DNA of 64,000 bases from Candidatus Eiseniibacteriota bacterium. Its GTDB lineage: Bacteria > Eisenbacteria > RBG-16-71-46 > SZUA-252. The first letter of the stretch is position 1. Every line of letters starts with the position of its first letter. Below are positions 27,105 to 36,300 of this stretch, piece by piece. Location: the NCBI GenBank assembly GCA_031370645.1, contig JANMQV010000006.1:6473-70472 (forward strand), given 5' to 3'. The notes beneath the pieces were generated by a model. That model was not told the origin of the DNA. It did no database searches and saw only the letters and a list, made by a program, of their open reading frames with translations. Made by a program: the position numbers and the translations under genes.

Positions 27105-27998
27105 CTAAAAGCGGCGGAGGAGGATGACGCGCGCGCCGCCGTCCGGCGTGGCGTCGGCCAGGAGGCGCGTTCCCTCGTCGAGCCGCGCCTGCCCGTCCTT
27201 CATGAGGCGACGATGCAGGACCTGCGTGTCGATCGCGCTCACGAGACGATTGAGGATCGCCGCGGCGAACGAGTACTTCGCGCGGTCGTAGGCTCGATTG
27301 GACGAAGCGCGCGTGGTCCGATACGACTTCTGAAGTTCCGCGCTGCTCCAGTTCCAGGCGCGGTCGCCCGACGGCAGATTCTTCGCCACGTAGTCGTCCT
27401 GCGCCGCGGGGTCGTCGGGAAATTGGTCGCGCGCATCGCGGCGCACGGTCTCTTCGTAGCTTCCCGGGCCGGAGCCGCTCGAGCGCTCGTACTGTCCCAC
27501 CAACTTCCAGTAGCTATCGCTCTCGCTGCCGGTCCCCACGCCCGCGTTCAATTGAGCCTGTTCGATGTAATCGTCGCGGCGAAGTCTCCCCGCCACTTCG
27601 AACCAGACGTAGTGCGTCCAGATGAGCCCTTCCGCGGCGAAGAATCCGGCAGCGCGTCCGCGCGCGCCGAGCGAGAGTTCGCCGGCGCCGGGAAGGAGAA
27701 GCGAATAGAGCAGAGCCTTCCGCTTCCCGGGACGCTTGGCCGGCGCCGAATCCGTCGTCGGAGCCGGCGGAGCATCCTGTCGCGTGAACGACGCCTCAGC
27801 CATCGCCGACGCCGAACGGTCGGCACCGGCGTCGCGCGCGGCGAGTTCGAGCGGTGTGGAGACGGGCAGGTGGAGCGAAGACGACGTGGCGGCAGGCTCG
27901 GCGAGCGCACGCGCGGCCGCCGGCAAGGCGACCAGGAGTGAGAACGCCGCGGCGAGCGCGCTAGTAAAGGCGGCGCGTGACCGTGATCTTGAGCGCAT
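27105..27998 (-). CDS. Secreted hypothetical protein, paralog B of a tandem pair (DUF5683-like LPGAG motif)
   Basis: 297 aa. Signal peptide. Motifs KALLYSLLLPGAGELSLG, EGLIWTHYVWF, C-terminal YSFAAAILNRLVSAIDTQVL. About 25-30% identity to the neighbouring gene, judged by eye. Confidence 0.55.
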   Translation of the reverse strand: MRSRSRSRAAFTSALAAAFSLLVALPAAARALAEPAATSSSLHLPVSTPLELAARDAGADRSASAMAEASFTRQDAPPAPTTDSAPAKRPGKRKALLYSLLLPGAGELSLGARGRAAGFFAAEGLIWTHYVWFEVAGRLRRDDYIEQAQLNAGVGTGSESDSYWKLVGQYERSSGSGPGSYEETVRRDARDQFPDDPAAQDDYVAKNLPSGDRAWNWSSAELQKSYRTTRASSNRAYDRAKYSFAAAILNRLVSAIDTQVLHRRLMKDGQARLDEGTRLLADATPDGGARVILLRRF

Positions 27999-28827
27999 TT
28001 TCGTTGGAGAACGGCCTCGTGCGCATGTTGAACTTGATCTGCGTGCTGTTTCCGAGGTTGGCGCGGCCGCGGTTTTTGAGAAGGCGGAGCACGTCGACCG
28101 CGCTCACGATACGGTTCACGAACCCGCCCACGATCGCGTAGCGGGCGTTCTTCAGGAAATTATTGCTGTCGTTTCGAATCCCATAATAGAAGCGCCGCGT
28201 CGGCGCGTCGGCCGGAGGAACGGCGTACCCCTCCCACCCGGTCCAGTAGATCGGGAGCTTGCCGATGTCCTCGTAGTACTGCTGCTTGTTGGTCTGCAGG
28301 AAGTTCTTGATGAGGTTGTCGGCATCGGAGCCTGGATTCGCAGGGTCGTACGCGATCCACCGCGCGTAGTCCCACTTGTCGTCGGCGTACGCCTCGTATT
28401 GATTTTCCTTCGTCTTGCCGCGGTCGTGATAGTAGAGATACGTGACCCACGTCGCGCCTTCGAGCCCGAGGTGGATCCAGCCTCGCTTGTTCCCCGCGTA
28501 GAGATGCCCCGCGCCCGGCACGATCATGTTGAGGAGGAACGCGCGCCCCGGCGACTTCGCGACAGGAACGAGGTCTTCATCGTGAGCGGGTGTCGAGGCG
28601 ACGGAACCCGGAGGCGCCACCGGTGGCGGGGAAACCGAGTCGGCGATGGCTCGCTGCGCGAGCAAAATCTCCCCGACGGAATTGATGCGGTAGTCGATGT
28701 CGGATGCGTGGGAAACTCCGGTGGCGATGACTACCGAAAAGAGGCCCGCGAGGACCGCGATATAAACCTGGCGCAGGGTCAGAATCTGGTTTCCTAAAAC
28801 CGGCCGGATGTGGGTTTCACCAAACAA
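27961..28827 (-). CDS. Secreted hypothetical protein, paralog A of the tandem pair (DUF5683-like); lower-GC gene
   Basis: 288 aa. Probable TTG start. Signal peptide IAVLAGLFSVVIATGVSHA. Motifs RAFLLNMIVPGAGHLYAG, EGATWVTYLYY, YAIVGGFVNRIVSAVDVL. The protein is K/N/Y/I-rich and the DNA is markedly less GC-rich than its flanks. Confidence 0.55.
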   Translation of the reverse strand: MFGETHIRPVLGNQILTLRQVYIAVLAGLFSVVIATGVSHASDIDYRINSVGEILLAQRAIADSVSPPPVAPPGSVASTPAHDEDLVPVAKSPGRAFLLNMIVPGAGHLYAGNKRGWIHLGLEGATWVTYLYYHDRGKTKENQYEAYADDKWDYARWIAYDPANPGSDADNLIKNFLQTNKQQYYEDIGKLPIYWTGWEGYAVPPADAPTRRFYYGIRNDSNNFLKNARYAIVGGFVNRIVSAVDVLRLLKNRGRANLGNSTQIKFNMRTRPFSNENALKITVTRRLY

Positions 28828-28850
28828 GTTAATGATACCTCGGCAAGAGC

Positions 28851-31800
28851 CTATCTAACAACGGCGAACTTCTGGAACGAGACCTCGCTGGCGCTACCGC
28901 GGCGGGCTTCGATCCTAACCAGATATACCCCGCTCGAGAGGTTTTGTAGCGGCAATTTCGTCACATTTTGCGCGGGCGCGGTCTCGCCCTGCATGGTTCG
29001 CACCACCTCCCCGGTCGGATCCAGGACGCGAATCTCGACCGAAGAGACTCCCGAATCGAGCGTGTAGGCGATCCCGATCTCATTGCCCCGAGACGGGTTG
29101 GGGAAGCAGTAGAAGGAACCCTTCGCGACGAGAGCCCCCCGCGCGGCGGGTGCCGCCAGCTGGAACTCGTCGAGAACGGCGCTCCGCCGGCGGTCGCCAT
29201 GGAGTCCGATCCAGGGAGTGCGAGCGCTCGTCCCGTCGGTGCTGAAGAGCGCGCTATCGGCCCGGACATCCGTCTGGTGGACGTCCCACTGGCCGAAATC
29301 CCCCACCGCCACCACGTGGAGCCACGCCGGCCCCGCCGGGTCGATCGGGACATCGGGTCCGTTGAGCGAGACCAACAGGGGCGTCGATTGGGTCGAGCGC
29401 TCCATTCCGAGGGGCCACCCGCTGACCGTCCGGCCCGTGGCGTCGAGCGCCACGAGAAGACCGTTGGTCAGTGCCACGAGCACATCCTGCGTTCCATTTC
29501 CGTCGAGATCCCCCACCACCGGCGAGCCCGAACCTCCACCGGCTCCGGCCCCGTAGCGAGACGCCAGTCGAACGGGCCAGCCGAGTGCTTCCACGCCGTT
29601 CCGGTTCCAGCGGTGAACCGAGCCCTGATCGTCCACCGCCATGATCTCGGGGAAGCCGTCGCCGTCGAGATCTCCCGCGGCCGCGGCGCCGAGCGTCCCC
29701 GCCACGGTGACGGGCCAGCCGCGCAGTTCCGCGCCGCTCAGGTCGAAGGCGTGAACGGTCCCCCGTGGAGAATCGACCACGATCACTTCAAGTTCACGAT
29801 TCGGGTCGCGGTCGAGATCAACGCCGAGGAGTGTTGGATTGAAATCGTTGACCCCGGTGATCGCGCGCCAGACGACATCGATGGCGCCGCCTCCCTTCCC
29901 GGGCTGATCGACGACGCGGAGGTAACCGTCCCGCGTGGCGTAGGCCATGGAGTACCCGCCAACGCCGTGGAAGCGCCCCACGGCGAGATTCCCCGACACC
30001 TCCGTCGTGACGGGCGTCGTGCCGTCGAGAAGCGTGTCGCACGCCGCGGATACGAGAGGAGCGATGGAAACACTGTCGGAAGGAGTCACGACGAAGACGC
30101 GACCGTCGCTCGTGCCGACGAGGATATTTCCGTCGGGCGAGAGGACCGGCCCCGTCGTGGCGTTGATGGAAGGATCACCGAGCGTCGGAGGCCAGCCGAA
30201 GAGTGAAATCGCCTGCCCCGCCGATTGGGAGTCGGGGCGGACGGCGTAGAGACGGCCGTCGTCGCAGGCAGCCACGATCCCCGCGCCGTGTCGTGCCGCC
30301 GGATTCCGCCGGAAGAGCGAGTCGACGAAGAGAACCGGCCCGCGAATCTTCGCGGGGAGCGGCATGAATTCACCGCTCTCGCGCCCGTTCACGTAGGGAC
30401 GCCCGTCCCCCATCCAGGCGAGAATCAGGCTATCCGCCGCGGTGACGAGCGATCGTCGTCCGTCGTGAAGGAGGCTCCCGAACGTCGGCGCGCCGAGTCC
30501 TCGACCCACCGCGCTCAAAAGCGGCCAGCCCGGAAGTCGAATGGTCGACTCGACCGACACGATCATATCGACGGCGGGAGCAGAGAGGACGCGGAGCGTG
30601 ACGTGGCTGAGGGCGCCGTCGTTCGTGGTCGTGCTCGGATTCGTATTCGGACCGAGGACGGTGTGGTTGCCGACGAAGTAGGGATCGAAGGGGCTCCCGT
30701 AGAAGTAGTACGACGCGGGATCCCCGAGGTCCTTGATCCCGTCCGCTTCCATGAGGCCGACGCCGAGCCGCTCGGGATTCGAATTGATGCCGAAGTCGGG
30801 ATTCGCATTCGGCCCGCAGACGAAGCCCGCCCCCGTGCCCGACACCTCGCCGGTGACGGTGCAGAAGACGGAGGGATCGATGTGCCAGACGAGAATGCCC
30901 TGCCCCGGGAGGAGGAAGTCGTACTCCTTGTCGCCGGTCGTATCGAGCGGGTCGGCGCTCGAGAGTCCCGGCCCGAGAATGACGTTGGTCGTGGAATCGC
31001 GATCGAGATAGAGCGATTGATCGCCGTTCAAGTCGGTCTGACGATTCTCCACGAGGAGGTATTCGTCCCCGTCGAGCGGGATGTAGAGCAATCGAGGGTC
31101 GAGTTGCGTCGACTTCAAGGGAGTCGTGACTTGCCGCTCGGGATCGGTGAACTCGAGCCCCGCAGGCCAGAGGAGCGACTTGCACCAGGGGTCGAGGCTC
31201 GTCGGCATGATGCCGCTGGCGACGACGATGGCGCCCGTCTTCGAGTCCTGGAGCGCCGTGCCGAGGAGATACCCCGAGTCCATGTTGCTCCAGATGCCGA
31301 CCGCCGGGAAGAACGTGTTGATGTCGTAGAGATCGGGAAGCCCCTGCGTGTGTCCGAACTCATGCGCGAGCGTGCCGTTGATGGCCCCGAAGTAGCCGTC
31401 CTGATTCTCCGTCTCCGGCATGACGAGTCCGCCGAAGATGCCGCGCGCGCCCCCGTTTACCGCGGCCGATTCCTCGAGAGAGATTTGGAAGGTCGGAAGG
31501 TCGCGCTGCGAGTCGCCGAGGATGTCCGACTGGTAGTCGGCGCCGGCGTGGAAGATCGAGACGACGTCGAAGTCGCCGAAGGGAATCGAATCGGTGGCGT
31601 CGGCCGCCAGGACCGCGTCGCGGAAGAAGCGCTGCGCTTCGGCGAACGACTGACTCCCGAGCGTCCAGGGGCCGTAACGACCCGTGTCGCCGAGGCGGTA
31701 CGCGCTGTTCTCCGCCTTCGGATAGACGTCGTACTCGACGACGAGCTGTCCGTACGACTGCTGCTTGAAATAGCGCGAGAGCGCTTCCAGGTGCGAGAGG

Positions 31801-32303
31801 AAGAAGCTTCGGTTGTGCGGCGGTGGATCGATGACGATGCCGAGCGCCGATCCATCGCGGAGATCGAACTTGCCGTCGGAGGTGCTGGTGGCGCTCCCGA
31901 GACTGTCGGTGTCGAACTCGACGCGAAGGGCGAGCACTCGCACGGTGTCGGCCACGCCCGTGGTGGAGAGCGCGCGCTCGAGCCGACCGGCGCCGTTCGG
32001 CGCGAGGAGCGGAGGTTTCCGGCCGCTGATCCAGGGAGATCGGCGTCCCCCGCCGAGATGCTCGGGGAAGGCGCGCCTTAGCGCGAGCCGGCGATCGGTG
32101 AGCATCTTCACCGCCTGGCGATCGGCGGCCGAAAGCGCTTCGGGCCGCGCCTTCGCCACGCGCCACGGCTCTCCCCGGCGGACGGGTGCGGTGGGGACCG
32201 GTGCCCCGGCAGCCTCCGCGCGGGAAACAAAAGGAGCCAGGCTTCCGAACGAAGCCTGGCTCCCGAGGAGTAGCGTGACGATCCAGCGCTTCAGGCGCCC
32301 CAC
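28851..32303 (-). CDS. Secreted M6 (immune-inhibitor-A-like) zinc metalloprotease with FG-GAP repeats and a T9SS C-terminal sorting domain
   Basis: 1150 aa. Signal peptide. Zinc motif HEFGHTQGLPDLYD (M6 HExxHxxGxxD). FG-GAP-like repeats GDLDGDGFPEIMAV and GDLDGNGTQDVLVAL. The C-terminal ~90 aa read FYCFPNPSRGNEIGIAYTL...VEIRVLDPTGEVVRTM...SGVYLVRIEA..., the T9SS CTD pattern. Confidence 0.8.
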   Translation of the reverse strand: MGRLKRWIVTLLLGSQASFGSLAPFVSRAEAAGAPVPTAPVRRGEPWRVAKARPEALSAADRQAVKMLTDRRLALRRAFPEHLGGGRRSPWISGRKPPLLAPNGAGRLERALSTTGVADTVRVLALRVEFDTDSLGSATSTSDGKFDLRDGSALGIVIDPPPHNRSFFLSHLEALSRYFKQQSYGQLVVEYDVYPKAENSAYRLGDTGRYGPWTLGSQSFAEAQRFFRDAVLAADATDSIPFGDFDVVSIFHAGADYQSDILGDSQRDLPTFQISLEESAAVNGGARGIFGGLVMPETENQDGYFGAINGTLAHEFGHTQGLPDLYDINTFFPAVGIWSNMDSGYLLGTALQDSKTGAIVVASGIMPTSLDPWCKSLLWPAGLEFTDPERQVTTPLKSTQLDPRLLYIPLDGDEYLLVENRQTDLNGDQSLYLDRDSTTNVILGPGLSSADPLDTTGDKEYDFLLPGQGILVWHIDPSVFCTVTGEVSGTGAGFVCGPNANPDFGINSNPERLGVGLMEADGIKDLGDPASYYFYGSPFDPYFVGNHTVLGPNTNPSTTTNDGALSHVTLRVLSAPAVDMIVSVESTIRLPGWPLLSAVGRGLGAPTFGSLLHDGRRSLVTAADSLILAWMGDGRPYVNGRESGEFMPLPAKIRGPVLFVDSLFRRNPAARHGAGIVAACDDGRLYAVRPDSQSAGQAISLFGWPPTLGDPSINATTGPVLSPDGNILVGTSDGRVFVVTPSDSVSIAPLVSAACDTLLDGTTPVTTEVSGNLAVGRFHGVGGYSMAYATRDGYLRVVDQPGKGGGAIDVVWRAITGVNDFNPTLLGVDLDRDPNRELEVIVVDSPRGTVHAFDLSGAELRGWPVTVAGTLGAAAAGDLDGDGFPEIMAVDDQGSVHRWNRNGVEALGWPVRLASRYGAGAGGGSGSPVVGDLDGNGTQDVLVALTNGLLVALDATGRTVSGWPLGMERSTQSTPLLVSLNGPDVPIDPAGPAWLHVVAVGDFGQWDVHQTDVRADSALFSTDGTSARTPWIGLHGDRRRSAVLDEFQLAAPAARGALVAKGSFYCFPNPSRGNEIGIAYTLDSGVSSVEIRVLDPTGEVVRTMQGETAPAQNVTKLPLQNLSSGVYLVRIEARRGSASEVSFQKFAVVR

Positions 32304-32316
32304 GTCGATGGCGATC

Positions 32317-33288
32317 TTAGAAGTGGTAGCTGGCCGAGAAGCGGCTTGTACGATTCAGGAACTCCGACTGCGGGAACGACGCGTAGTCGAAGCGGAACCC
32401 CTTGTACGTCAGGCCGAGCCCGTAGGTCGCGTCCGTAATCGTGCCGATCGGGTCGCTGATGTAGCCAACCCGAAGCGCGATGAGCCGGTTGAACTCGTAT
32501 TCGATGCCGGCATTCCAGACGCTCACGCCGAGTACCTCGTCCGGAAGGAGGAAGCGATTCGCGTCGGCGGCGATCAGGACCCGGTGAACCTCGTTTTCAA
32601 ACGGGGTATAGGCGAACCCGATCTTCAGATTGCGACCGAGCGGATCGGACTGATCCTCATCGATGTACGCGATGCTCGGGCCGAGGTTTTGGATTACCGC
32701 CGCGAAGGACGCCTTCCATTTCGGCACTTTGTAGAGGGTCCCGATGTCGGCGGCGAACGACGTGCCCCGTCCGGCGCGGCCGTCGAGGGTCACCGTGGCC
32801 GGCGCGAGATCGACCCGCAGCAGCTTCAGCGCCACGCCGAATCCGAGGTTGTCGCCGATTTCGGTTCCGTAGGCGATCGTCGGGGCGATTTCATAGGAAC
32901 TGAATTCGCCGGTCACATTGCCGTCCGGATCGGTTCCCTCGGTCTTGCCGTAGGAGAGATAACCGATCGCAGCACCGAGACCGCCCCATCCCTCAACATG
33001 CTGCACATACGCGAGGTAGGAGAAGTTGACGTCGTCGGCCAGATCCGGCACGAGCTGCGTGTACATGAACGACGCGTCGTGGCCGCGGGCGAAGGCCATG
33101 GCGCCCGGATTCCACCAAATCATGTTGGCGTCGTCCGCCACGGCGACGAAGGCGCGCCCCATGCCGTCCGAGCGAGCCCCGGGGGCAATGAGGGAAGACG
33201 CCGCGCCGGCTTGCGACTGCGCGTGGGCTGTTCCGACCGTGCCCACCAATAGCAGGGCCGCCAGGCAGAGCGTGGTGAAACGAATCAT
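32317..33288 (-). CDS. porV: PorV/LptO-like FadL-type outer-membrane beta-barrel (T9SS cargo shuttle)
   Basis: 323 aa. Signal peptide ending AHAQS. N-terminal SDGMGRAFVAVADDANMIWWNPGAMAF motif. C-terminus ...FSASYHF. Lies between porU and a CTD cargo gene. Confidence 0.6.
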   Translation of the reverse strand: MIRFTTLCLAALLLVGTVGTAHAQSQAGAASSLIAPGARSDGMGRAFVAVADDANMIWWNPGAMAFARGHDASFMYTQLVPDLADDVNFSYLAYVQHVEGWGGLGAAIGYLSYGKTEGTDPDGNVTGEFSSYEIAPTIAYGTEIGDNLGFGVALKLLRVDLAPATVTLDGRAGRGTSFAADIGTLYKVPKWKASFAAVIQNLGPSIAYIDEDQSDPLGRNLKIGFAYTPFENEVHRVLIAADANRFLLPDEVLGVSVWNAGIEYEFNRLIALRVGYISDPIGTITDATYGLGLTYKGFRFDYASFPQSEFLNRTSRFSASYHF

Positions 33289-33393
33289 TTCGTAACCTCC
33301 TTCGAGACACTACAGAGGGATGCCGAAGCACCCCGCAGCCGAGACCTCTCAATGGTACCGGAAATTGGGGCCACCTTCAAGCGCGACACCCGG

Positions 33394-36300
33394 TTATCGA
33401 GTCCGAAGCGCGCGCCCGACCGCGTCCACCCTGCCTGATCCCGCCGCTTCCGCCGTAACGTGAATGAGGTACACGCCGATGGCCACATTTTCTCCCCCTG
33501 AATCGCGCCCGTCCCACGGAAGGTAATTCTCCCCCGCCTTCCCGTCCGCCGACCACTCGCGCACCCTCCGACCCGCCACGGTAAGGATCTGCACCTTCAA
33601 CCGGGCCGGCTGACTCAGGCGAACGTGGACGTAGGTCTCCTTTTCGAACGGGTTGGGGTAGTTGAAGACCTGGCTCAACTGAAGCGGCCCGCCACCGCCG
33701 GCCGAGGCCGCCACCTCGATCACGAACGAGGCGACGCCGATATTCCGGTAGGTATCGGAAGCGTGCACTTCCATCCGGTGGGGGCCGGTCGCGAGGGGGG
33801 GCAGGGTGAGGATCACGCTCCCTCGCGTGCCGCTCCCGACCTGGTAGACGAACGCGGAGGTGAGGTTGATCGGGGTTCCCGCATCGTCGAAGAGGACGAA
33901 GACGGCGTGGGCGTTGTCGAAGCCGGTCAGATCGATGCCGCTCGAGTCCTCGATCGCGATCGTCACCTGGTCGCCCGGGGAATAGGTCGTGTCGGGGGGT
34001 GCGACGAGGGTGATGGTGGGAGGCGTGACGTCGATGCGCGGGGAGAGCCCCTGTCCGATCCGAAGCGAATCGACCGCGAGCCCCACGCCCTCTCCGCCTG
34101 CCTGTTCGAGGAGCGCCTCGAGCCGCGCGCCGGGGCCGCTCACGCGCGCGTCGACCGGCACTGTGAACTGAATCGCGAAGGTGCCTGCCGCGAGCGAAAC
34201 CTCGCCCTGGTAAAGCAACGGGCCGGGGAGATCGTACGGAGCGATTCCCGGATTCCCGCCGTTCGACCCCGTTTGAATTCGCCTCGACGGGGGCCCGAGA
34301 ATCCGAAGACGGGCGCGACCCGCGGCGAGTGTGTCGGCGGAACCGTCCTCGTTGATGGCATGGCCGCGAAGGGTGACCTGCTCTCCGCGAAGGACCGAAT
34401 CGAGCGCGCCCTTTTCCCACACCCCCCTACCACGCGGGAGCGGCGGGAGAGTCCCGGGCTCGCCCAAGAGGGCGTACTTCCGGGCGCTGATATTGACGCT
34501 CTGATTCTTGGCGCGCGCCCACGCGAGGCCGACGGTGGTCAGACTGTCGACGCGGGGAGCGAGGGGAAAGAGCTGGTCGACGAAGCGGTCGTTCAACTCG
34601 CTGCTTTCGGTGCCGAAGACTTCCCCGGTCGCGGCGACGGCCGCCACGGCGCCGACGGTCGGTGCACGCACGAGGATCTCCGCCAGCCCGTCCGCCCCGC
34701 TCCGGTATTCGTCGAAACGTCCCACCGTGCAGCTCATGAAGCACCAGATCGCGGGAAAGGAAGTGTTCGTCAGCCGGGTGGCATCGGTCGAGCGGAAGAC
34801 CTGCTCGTCGGCAAGGAAATTGTCGGTGCCATGCCCGATATAGTCGACGAGCCAGTTCTGGCGGTTCACCGCGGCGATGAATGCTTCCCGCGCCCCCGGC
34901 TTCGACGTCTTGAACGAGTCGGAGAATGCGTAGTCGTTCAGATAGACCTTTTCACGTGTGATCGGGAACGGGAGGTGGAATCGATCCTTCCGCTCCATTT
35001 GTCGCACGTGGTCCAGGCCGACTGGATCGAGTTGCTGCGGTTTCGACCACTTCCAGGCATCGTCGGCGCAGAGCAACGCGCGATTCCTCGCAAGATCGAA
35101 GGAAGTGTTCGATTCATAGATCCTTCGCTTGCCGCGAACCATCTCGAGCGCTTCCTCCGGCGTTCGCGCCGGAAGGCGGCCGATCGCGAGGTCGAGGAGC
35201 TGGTCGCCCGGTCCGTCGAGCCGGACGATCCAGTCCTCGATCGAGTACTGCTCCTGGAGCTCGGTGTGGTGCCCCCGACTGTAGGTCGGTACCTGATCGA
35301 TGACGCGAAGACCCGAGTAGTTGAGCGGATCGAGCGATGCGTCGCCGAGGAGGCAGACATAGAGCGGAGGGCGCGCCCAGTGCCGCGTCGCATACGCGAG
35401 GAAATTTCGAAGCGCCGCGACGTCGGGAGTGCCGCCGGCGAATTGGCTGAAAATCCGATCCGTCGTCGCGACCCGCGCGATGGGGTTCGCCTCCCCGCTC
35501 AGGAAGCGGGACCGATCGGTGGCCAGCGATTCCGCGGCGGCGAGGAAAGCCGGGGGCGCGACGACGATGTAGTCCGCCTGGTTCGCCGTATCGAGCAGGT
35601 CGCTGACGGTTCGCGCTCCCATCGGAGGCGCGTAGAGAGCGATGGCGGAGGGACGTAGCGCTCGCGTCGTGGAGAGGAGCGCATAGCGGGGACGATATCC
35701 GGGCCCCGCGCTGTCTTCGAGCGTGAGCGTGAAGGCGCCCGGCGCCCCACTCCAGGCGCCGCCGAACAATCGGACCGGACGGTCGGGGTCGGTGCGGTCG
35801 TAGCAGCGGACGGCGGCGCTGTCCGACACGGCGCTGACCGCGTAGCGGAATCGGCCCGCGGCCACCGAGTCGGGCGCGGCGAAGAAAAGCGTGTCGGCCG
35901 TCGCCTGGAGCCGCCGTGAATAATCGACGTCGAACCAGGCGATGTACTGCGCGTCGCTCCGATTTGGATCGCTCGGATCGTTGATGAGCGGTACGCCGAC
36001 TTCGAGCGTATCGCGGATCGACTGCCCTACCGCGAATCCTCCACCCGTCAGATCTTGCGGAAGCGAGAAATTCCAGCCCGCGCTATCAACAAGGGCGCGA
36101 TTCCACGTAACGCGGGCGATGTGGTCCGGGATCGACGTCCCAATCGAGCTGTTGAATCCCCAGAGCCGAAGGCGGAGCGACGCGGCGCTTCCCGGAACGG
36201 CGCCCGGGAGCGAGAGCGGGTAGGCAATGCGATTTCCTTCGACGATGATTCGATCGAACCATCGCTCCCAGGTGTAACCCGGCAGGAAGAGATTGATCTG

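Noticed and set aside
33625-35658. 677-aa plus-strand ORF and several 100-350-aa ORFs within 33.4..37.7 kb
   Set aside because: Antisense or alternate frame to porU. No motifs.
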